A DNA stretch of 52,900 bases from a virus (taxonomy: Duplodnaviria > Caudoviricetes). The notes under the pieces were generated by a model. The model made no database searches and was not told the origin of the DNA. It saw only the letters and a program-made list of their open reading frames with translations. How positions within the stretch are numbered: the stretch's first letter is position 1; the number at the start of each line of letters is the position of its first letter. Of the stretch, positions 46,901-52,900 are shown piece after piece. A program made the translations under genes and the position numbers. Where the stretch lies: IMG/VR virus record IMGVR_UViG_3300025118_000020, positions 1 to 52,900 of that record; one strand, 5' to 3'.

Positions 46901-49900
46901 CCACCCTCGCCGATCTCCACTTCACCTCCGTTTTCACATCATACTCTGTTCTACTTCTTGTCCTATCGAGGAAACGATTTATTGCCCGAGGGTAAATTGA
47001 CTCAGCATAATTTAAATAAATTAAAGATTCAACTGGACTGTTTTCCAAAGATCCTCCGACATAAAATTCAAGAAGATCGTCATAGATTTGATTGGGAGTT
47101 GGCGACGAGGCGATGATAGCGCCATAGCCATTTTGAAAATTATCATCCAATATTAAATTGGAAAAATGAGAAATATTATTTCCATAAGAGTGCTTAAGGG
47201 TGAACAGTTCATCGCCGTCATCACATTTTATGGCCAAGCCATGAACGATTGGCTTAAACACGGAAGTTGCGACTGGTTCAACATAGGTTCTTCTTCGAGT
47301 AAACCTTGCTGGTTTAACATAAGATGAACCATTTGCACTTTTAATTTCAACCGCGGGCGCTCTTGCAATATATTGGAGTTTATTTTCTGCCCTCAATAAC
47401 CTTGAAATTGGGTGTTCGCCGGTTCTTGTTTGCTTCCACGTCGGGTATTGATATGGACCATTGCGGTGAAGCATAAGAGCATTAAATGTTTCTGGCGCGG
47501 GCACCTCGGTAAGACAACAGATATTTGGAACAAAGGTTCTGTTAAGATATTGTTCTACCAGAATATTCGACCCCGAAGGACAATAAACCGACCCAGTAAT
47601 CAAAGGAGTTGTGGGACTATACCCCAACAGATTATCGCTCGGACCAACCGGCTCATAAATATGATAGTTCATCCCAGCAAAATCCGTTGGCAACCAACCC
47701 GAAGAAGCTGAATATTCTGCTCCCCAGCATCGCACGAGAGAGCCAGTACAACAAGATTGATAAGAGCAAGGTGCGTCAGGAACGTCGGCTGCAATTTCAT
47801 CGCCATCAAAGTTGTTTGGGTCACCGTTGTTATTGTTTTCAACATCCTTAATACTGTTTATACCAACAACACTATCAATTTCCCCCATGCGATACCAAGT
47901 TTCAAGTTTGCCCCCGGCATATTGTGAGTGCTGATGCAGATCAGCGGGACAACCATTATTATAAATCTCGGACACATCATAGACAGTAAAGCTGGTGGTC
48001 CAAAAACTTATTTCGTCCAATCTCCCACTAAAGAAGCGCTCCAAACCAAAAGCACTATCGTTGATGGCGCCAAGATAAAGGCGGCGGCCAGGGTCAGCAT
48101 CATCTGCTCCAGCTCCCTTAGTACCCTCTAGGGCCCCGTCAACATAGAGATAAAAATTTCCCGCGCTGCCGTCGTTCGACACCAAAACATGATGCCAATT
48201 TCCATCATTCAAACCAGAAGTAACTGATGTTAATTCAAAGGCCCCTGTGCCGTCGTCGCCGACCCAAGCTTTCAATCTGCCACCCACATCACAATCTAAT
48301 TCTATCGCAAGCTGCACCTCGGCGACACCAGGGAGGCCGTTGCTGACCGACACAAGAACAAATTCACCACTACCCACTTCATTTTTGAACCAAGCCGAAA
48401 CCGTAAAAGCTTCCCCCACTTCAAGTTCTGGCCAGGACGACTGTGCGCCGCAGTCAATGTATTCATCCACCCCATCAAACTCAATCGATAAAGTATCAAA
48501 CGCATTAACATACGGACCCGACGAGGACACCGACAACTGGCTTCCAAACTGGCTCGCACTTAGAAAAGTGATAACCTCATCTGCAGCCGGAAATCTTCGC
48601 GCATCAATAGAATATCCAAACGGAGAACTGATCGCCGACGCGGTGATCCACGCGTATTGTAAATCACTTTGTGGAATTGGATGTTGAACAAAATAATTAT
48701 CATACATGGAAGCAGTGATTGTGCTGCTGCCACTCTCCTCCATTTTCTTAATTGGGTTACGGTTTGTTTTGTGGAAAGACGCACGCAGAGAGTTATTCGG
48801 ATCAATACCAAATTGTGCAGAGTGAATCTTTGACCACTCATCTATTCCGAAACGCCTCACAAAATTGTTGCGATAATTCACAGTGCTGTATATGGAATAT
48901 TCAGCTGATAGCGCATCGAGGCCCGGACCACCATCGACATCTCCAGAACTATTCGGGCCACCCGGCGCTCCAAAGCGCTCAACAAAAACGTGAGGGCTTT
49001 TTCCACGAACGGGCTTTATATATTCCAACACCCCAGAAACATGTGGCGAAGCAAACCCGCTTCCAAGCAAAAACGAGTTAGAATCATCTAAGATAACCTC
49101 TGGGGTGATTTCTTCCGAATTATTATATTTTACCCACCATCGGTTATTCGCTCTTCTGTTAGAGGTTTGAATAACCTGATATAACTCATCATAATTCCCC
49201 AGCTTTGTTGATCCGGTGGTGTGATGAATATTTCTTATGTTGAGCGGTCGCTTGGCTACCTCATCACGAAAATAGACTGCTCGGGGCAAATTAAAGTTAG
49301 TATTTCCGCCCAAATCCTTGTAAGCGGAATACAGAGAAACTTTCTCTTGCGCTGGTGTGATATTTACCCTAAATCCTTCGGGTCGATCTGCTTGGGTTGG
49401 AAGCAAATAAGCTGTTGTTGCGGCGGTTGGTGCCCCAATCTTAAAATCAATCGGATTAATATTACTTCCCGGCGGGAAATCGTCAACAACATTCCCGCTA
49501 TCATATAAAAGTTGATAATAACGATACGAAGCTGCTGCACCGATCAAATCTAGACTAAAGGGCGTCGAATAAAAAGTACCACCATAAACAGAGTTGTCTG
49601 CGCCACCGGCCAAGACTTGAACGGTACTTACGTCAGTCCAAGCTACGGCATCATTGGACCCTTGAACTTTCCAATTACCCTGCGCGTGTGTGTCGGTCTG
49701 CGTCCACCGAAGCTCTGTGATGTGCTGCTCATTCCCAGCCCCAAAATCAAATCTGATGTAAGACCCAGCAAGAGGCGTTATTCCCGGGGGCGGTGCCGAA
49801 CCAAGAAAATAAGTTACACCCACGCCCTGTGCATTAACAAGCGGCGATGGGGGATCTCCCAACAACTGATTGGGATCTCCCGAGGGCGGCGAATAAGTAA

Positions 49901-52900
49901 CTGTAATGGTCGCAGTTCTATCCCCAACGCTCATTGGTTGACTATAATCAGCGGTTGCAAACCCTGCGGGAACACCGGTAAGGACTGGCGTGGCTAAGTC
50001 AACATGCCTATGCTGTCGTCCGCCGACATACTTTTCTGTAAATGGCCCCTGTAGTGTTGTATACAAGGTTCCCCCATCATCTTGGTGGTCAACAAAAAGA
50101 TCATGATTGCCAACAATCGCTGAATACGGATTGGCGTAAGAAGAACTATAAGCATCAAGGGGCAGGCGCCCGGACTGAATTTCGGTTCCAACAATATTAA
50201 GTGGTAATTTTACTTTTTGAGTAAGGCCCTTTTTTATATTTGTTAAAGCCGGTGGGTTTATTTTAAGAGGGGCGATAGTAATTTCATTTGCATATCCAGG
50301 CTCTCTAATTGATATTGTATTTTCTTCTGGCGTGAGCCTGTCCTGGGTGTTGGTTTGCTTTTCATCTCCAGGGGTCGCATCCAGATTGATAAGTCGACGT
50401 GGACATGTTGTTTGTTGAAGACGATATACTTCTCTCTGAGCATCAATTATAGAATTACCAGTCGCGATTCCTGATTCTCGGCGATCTACTGCGCAGTGCC
50501 ACCAATCGGGATCGATGTCTTCGGTTCCAACCGGGTCCATGCGCCACGGCGTCGAGGCGTCCCCCGAATTAACAGTCCCGTCGATCTCCCCCGGTAGGGC
50601 ACTTTTAAAAAATGGATATTTTGTTTGATATTTGTTTCTTTCAAGAATGTGGCTTTCAACAACATTTCTTAATTTTTCTGAAATTTTTGCTGAGGCCGGG
50701 ATTAGCTGAACGATCATTTGATTCAGCGCATTATCAAACCATTTATAAAAATCTGTAAATTTTTCAAAATCAGGATTATTCCTGACCCTTTCAAAGAAAA
50801 GTTGTCGTAATTTTCCAAGATCCTTGTAATCTTTTCTATATCGGTTTACTGGTTCTCCAATAAGATTATTAAAATCTTTAACTGTCGAGAACATATCCAA
50901 CATCTCCCTTGAGATGTCTTGATACAAACTTTTTTCTACCGCATAATAAAAATCAACTGGTCTCGTGTCTCTCGTAAAAACTTCGTCGTCTCTTTCTAGG
51001 ATTTGAACCGTATCATTGTTTGTTAAGACTTCAGGAAGTTGAGGTTTATATGTATACACATACCGATTGTCTACTGAATTCGTATCGCTGGCCACAAACC
51101 CAAATCCTCGACCTGAGTGTTGTAAATTAACAATATTACTTATCCATCCGTGCCTATTTGAATTTGCAACGGACCCAGAAGAAAAGTCTATAACATTGAA
51201 TTGACCACTCGCACTTGACCCGGTGACAGTCTGGAAATCCCAGTTAAGGGCCAACGTCTCAATTTTTTTAATGTCGGTTGTTGTAAGGTGGTCTTCAAAA
51301 AGATAGGCCTTCTTATACGCACCATCAGCGCCGTAATTCAAAGGATCTACCGCGTGTGCTTTGAGAGTATCGTTTGAAAGATAATCATACCAAACTCGAA
51401 CTGCACCCACCTTCACATCCGACCTGCCAAGAACACTACCGGTAAAATTCTGTCGATGAGCACCCGCGAATATTCTCTTCGGATTCTTTAAAATATCAAG
51501 GCCCTGACTCAGGGTGACGCTTCCGGTAAGTTCAAATTCGTTTATTGTTTCTTTAAACTTTGTATTTATACCATAAAAATTAACTGTGTAAGTGTCGTCT
51601 TCGGTGCCATCAACGGCGCCGACAAATGGATATTTGCTTCTCTTCAATCTTAAGGCGACGAGCCATCTCTCGTTATTGTATACATCTTGGATAAGGCTAC
51701 TTGTGAGTTCGGGGAGAAATCCGCCTGCTGAGCCAGTAAGCCTAAATTTTGCATGACGAGAAAATATATCGCTTCTTTCTGTTGATACTTGAAAGTTTGC
51801 AACATCCGCGGCGGCCCACGTTAAATCATTATCAGATAACGTTGAGTCAGCCGTGTGCATTCCAAACAAGCTAGCTTGGGTGAATGGGGTTTCCATGTAC
51901 TGAGACTCAGAAATGTCTCGTTTTCTGGGGAAGAATATCTCCGTCTCCACGGTGAGGCCGACCCCTGCTTCAAGGTCTGCTGGTGACCCTTCGCTGCCGC
52001 TAATGAAAGACACCGTATTCGAATTTAACGTATTTCTAAACTGATGTACCGTGGCGGAGTATCGGTCAGTATCCGCAAAATCAACAAAAGTTTTTCTTGT
52101 GGTTTTTTCTTTATAGTTATCTTCTAGCGTGTACGTGTAGTTGCTTGCATAGAGGTTTACTTTTATTAATTCATCATCAATACCAAAACACCTAATCAAA
52201 TTACGGAAAGCCTGTTCGGTGCCTTTCTTTTTGTAAATGCCAACAAGATTATTATTTATATTCTGATATATGAAATTTTTAACATCGGATAAGGTTAGGT
52301 CATATTCTCTTTTCTCGTCGCGGTTCAAGAAAAATTCCAGAATATTGGCCTGCGTAAATATCTCCGGTGCAATAAATCCGCGTGAAGTTAGTAGGCGTTG
52401 TGCCAATGGCGTTGGCCGGTGAGCATCATTGATACTTCCAGAAATGTATTCTACATCCTTCAGGGTTGCAAGTGATTCAACCTGAAGGTGGAGAGTGTCT
52501 AAATAACTCGCCATTATCTGTGTTAACTTGCGGAGTTCGCCCCCCTCTCTCCGCTCACTATCTTCTTCTATAATCCAACCGGGATATGAACTATAAATCG
52601 AAGAATTGTTGGTATCATCATAGTTTTTTCCTTCTTTCCTCTTTTTTGACAACAACGAAACTACATCTGGGTGGGTGGAGTAAATGATTGGGTCCTTGAA
52701 TTCGGTTTCCGCTGAGCCAGCCAACACCATAGCAGACTCAGTTGATCTAGAAGCAGATTCATACCCTACCCATGTACCATTGCTGATTCGACCAGAATAA
52801 TCCAAAACCACCGAATCAATACCAGTCTTTCCGGTTATCCCTTCATTAAACTTATAATAAACACCCAAATTAGTATTGGCGGTATCTGTATTCGTGCCTC
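43968..52900 (-). CDS. Giant virion protein (>2966 aa, 5'-truncated): baseplate-wedge-like with LamG-like and F5/8 type C (discoidin)-like domains
   Basis: Frame stays open from 52868 to the window edge (GTNTDTANTNLGVYY); YKKKGTEQAFRNLIRCFG wedge-like motif; LamG motifs FDGVDEYI, FTVSAWFK, DGNWHHV, YLYVDG, FSGRLDEISFW; discoidin-like YIRFDFG..WKVQGSND..YRYYQL. Confidence 0.8.
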   Translation of the reverse strand, partial: GTNTDTANTNLGVYYKFNEGITGKTGIDSVVLDYSGRISNGTWVGYESASRSTESAMVLAGSAETEFKDPIIYSTHPDVVSLLSKKRKEGKNYDDTNNSSIYSSYPGWIIEEDSERREGGELRKLTQIMASYLDTLHLQVESLATLKDVEYISGSINDAHRPTPLAQRLLTSRGFIAPEIFTQANILEFFLNRDEKREYDLTLSDVKNFIYQNINNNLVGIYKKKGTEQAFRNLIRCFGIDDELIKVNLYASNYTYTLEDNYKEKTTRKTFVDFADTDRYSATVHQFRNTLNSNTVSFISGSEGSPADLEAGVGLTVETEIFFPRKRDISESQYMETPFTQASLFGMHTADSTLSDNDLTWAAADVANFQVSTERSDIFSRHAKFRLTGSAGGFLPELTSSLIQDVYNNERWLVALRLKRSKYPFVGAVDGTEDDTYTVNFYGINTKFKETINEFELTGSVTLSQGLDILKNPKRIFAGAHRQNFTGSVLGRSDVKVGAVRVWYDYLSNDTLKAHAVDPLNYGADGAYKKAYLFEDHLTTTDIKKIETLALNWDFQTVTGSSASGQFNVIDFSSGSVANSNRHGWISNIVNLQHSGRGFGFVASDTNSVDNRYVYTYKPQLPEVLTNNDTVQILERDDEVFTRDTRPVDFYYAVEKSLYQDISREMLDMFSTVKDFNNLIGEPVNRYRKDYKDLGKLRQLFFERVRNNPDFEKFTDFYKWFDNALNQMIVQLIPASAKISEKLRNVVESHILERNKYQTKYPFFKSALPGEIDGTVNSGDASTPWRMDPVGTEDIDPDWWHCAVDRRESGIATGNSIIDAQREVYRLQQTTCPRRLINLDATPGDEKQTNTQDRLTPEENTISIREPGYANEITIAPLKINPPALTNIKKGLTQKVKLPLNIVGTEIQSGRLPLDAYSSSYANPYSAIVGNHDLFVDHQDDGGTLYTTLQGPFTEKYVGGRQHRHVDLATPVLTGVPAGFATADYSQPMSVGDRTATITVTYSPPSGDPNQLLGDPPSPLVNAQGVGVTYFLGSAPPPGITPLAGSYIRFDFGAGNEQHITELRWTQTDTHAQGNWKVQGSNDAVAWTDVSTVQVLAGGADNSVYGGTFYSTPFSLDLIGAAASYRYYQLLYDSGNVVDDFPPGSNINPIDFKIGAPTAATTAYLLPTQADRPEGFRVNITPAQEKVSLYSAYKDLGGNTNFNLPRAVYFRDEVAKRPLNIRNIHHTTGSTKLGNYDELYQVIQTSNRRANNRWWVKYNNSEEITPEVILDDSNSFLLGSGFASPHVSGVLEYIKPVRGKSPHVFVERFGAPGGPNSSGDVDGGPGLDALSAEYSIYSTVNYRNNFVRRFGIDEWSKIHSAQFGIDPNNSLRASFHKTNRNPIKKMEESGSSTITASMYDNYFVQHPIPQSDLQYAWITASAISSPFGYSIDARRFPAADEVITFLSASQFGSQLSVSSSGPYVNAFDTLSIEFDGVDEYIDCGAQSSWPELEVGEAFTVSAWFKNEVGSGEFVLVSVSNGLPGVAEVQLAIELDCDVGGRLKAWVGDDGTGAFELTSVTSGLNDGNWHHVLVSNDGSAGNFYLYVDGALEGTKGAGADDADPGRRLYLGAINDSAFGLERFFSGRLDEISFWTTSFTVYDVSEIYNNGCPADLHQHSQYAGGKLETWYRMGEIDSVVGINSIKDVENNNNGDPNNFDGDEIAADVPDAPCSYQSCCTGSLVRCWGAEYSASSGWLPTDFAGMNYHIYEPVGPSDNLLGYSPTTPLITGSVYCPSGSNILVEQYLNRTFVPNICCLTEVPAPETFNALMLHRNGPYQYPTWKQTRTGEHPISRLLRAENKLQYIARAPAVEIKSANGSSYVKPARFTRRRTYVEPVATSVFKPIVHGLAIKCDDGDELFTLKHSYGNNISHFSNLILDDNFQNGYGAIIASSPTPNQIYDDLLEFYVGGSLENSPVESLIYLNYAESIYPRAINRFLDRTRSRTEYDVKTEVKWRSARVDRDVASATNSQGSTNPPSNESCWSLDARTLFAAGDTLVIGPPGMGGITNQNDGTGELLNAYTQFHMGSPSLINPGALYARREPEYTAAAVLGAGDTLWETATQSGYEPFDDTYDDYSEFIRLKGQDYSIVPEFRISDHIDYYVEQNNGDFFGADLPDDWLRIDGAEVSSSADPTATLPESIAGGNNKFYSLYTHSDFLRYFKQIDDDHEKYKGELDHRLTLECKSIIKFRPRDGFYPVQRTLQLATLFSQSCASAVSLGGSDASWRTALAPFYAPGIMYNTIKSGIAVDYPLIQSSSAAWNSFVTASANMALGDDIGYFPEMYQPSARTYPSWQSLSGSGEPYYFISSSFSHRLPFEAILDPIGLSPNKIPFIDAEPHRSASLSSSFSIEGYSGESYKRAIDNFLAETINFYLRDGEMTSYRSKEFDSAGVALETSKEYIMDIVLTRDTATLQSTSLTPVALSSSALTSITSSLFDKSIEIYEREAAFGPPVLELSGAFLIPGGGPTAAKHGRVVCCSTAPYTPSYFDGRGRVRVSFKPTSASTLLSEILKDATYTYHRTGVLTGSFAYGSAMQISASIKFDTVLNTRSVTRDQKGNVISVTDQPGNRGEQWVIEPRFETPILDFSDVSITTPVSGAASISKGIWHQYGTLPQGSVTNATARGGLFLNLEYPSVDVVDTATTASLLTALGFDQTSGGLSKRLGNTSTSTIVSEAVVAIPFYSKTETVNNFDELHFLPLVSEGPRISGLSPSRSAVYEAMVMIALEGSDVPTGLEDYTPQAATPAIIDMVRKMNKYILPPKFDFLRFFAEREPLAMYIFDFEHEFNRLDLTNMWQNVSPPSGKDFKIMTSTVSHMIDPGELGGDFTDKQLRWLVFKVKQKAEKFYLNKTLSAFDDPKIVKAFSAQNKADLEKRVPYSYNWPYDYFSLIELIKIDADINIEAPHEKGRGKTKALNIKTSDNNKLAQASTTSTKKLTLLE

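Larger units (their letters stand above)
1..52900 (-). mobile_element. Virion morphogenesis region of a large T4-like myophage (no host genes or integration site visible)
   Basis: Uninterrupted run of minus-strand genes, many with overlapping start/stop codons, including recognisable terminase, portal, prohead protease, gp23-like capsid, sheath, tube and tape measure. Confidence 0.95.

Noticed and set aside
41-50446. Numerous plus-strand and alternative-frame ORFs of 60-200 aa in the ORF track
   Set aside because: They lie antisense to or inside well-supported minus-strand genes and show no recognisable motifs; treated as shadow ORFs.
1-52900. Stop-codon reassignment, as seen in some large phages
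   Set aside because: Genes are full length in the standard code, and TAA, TAG and TGA all end genes at tight junctions.
1-52900. tRNA, rRNA, integrase, transposase or diversity-generating retroelement
   Set aside because: Intergenic gaps are very short, and no cloverleaf, recombinase, reverse transcriptase or template/variable repeat pair was seen by eye; tRNAscan-SE and a self dot-plot would confirm.

Overview
The whole window is one co-oriented (minus-strand) block of a large T4-like contractile-tailed phage genome, read in the standard code. From high to low coordinates it holds: a >2,966-aa baseplate-wedge-like giant protein (runs off the window edge) and six baseplate/tail-associated genes; a RuvC-like resolvase, a primase and a fused Mre11-Rad50 (SbcD-SbcC) gene; fibre/decoration genes interleaved with a holin/spanin-like lysis cassette lacking a visible endolysin; terminase, portal, prohead core genes, prohead protease, a phage-encoded ribosomal protein bS21, scaffold and major capsid protein; and neck, sheath, tube, hub chaperones, tape measure and baseplate genes. 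The most interesting items are: (1) a cysteine-rich cassette upstream of the prohead protease (CxxC membrane protein, an unannotated 21-aa CxxxC peptide whose stop lies in a hairpin next to the protease RBS, and Cys pairs in protease and scaffold); (2) bS21 in a phage with strong Shine-Dalgarno sites; (3) a probable +1/-2 frameshift on a U7 run joining the gp26-like and gp51-like ORFs; (4) a recurrent upstream motif ACTAnTTA, the inverse of the T4 late-promoter core; (5) apparent [S/T]-[G/A/S]-S enrichment in outer virion proteins; (6) a P2 gpH-like domain apparently split between paired genes; (7) a shared MKI-x-K..LK..I..EE leader on small proteins. All family calls come from motif recognition by eye; no database searches were run.
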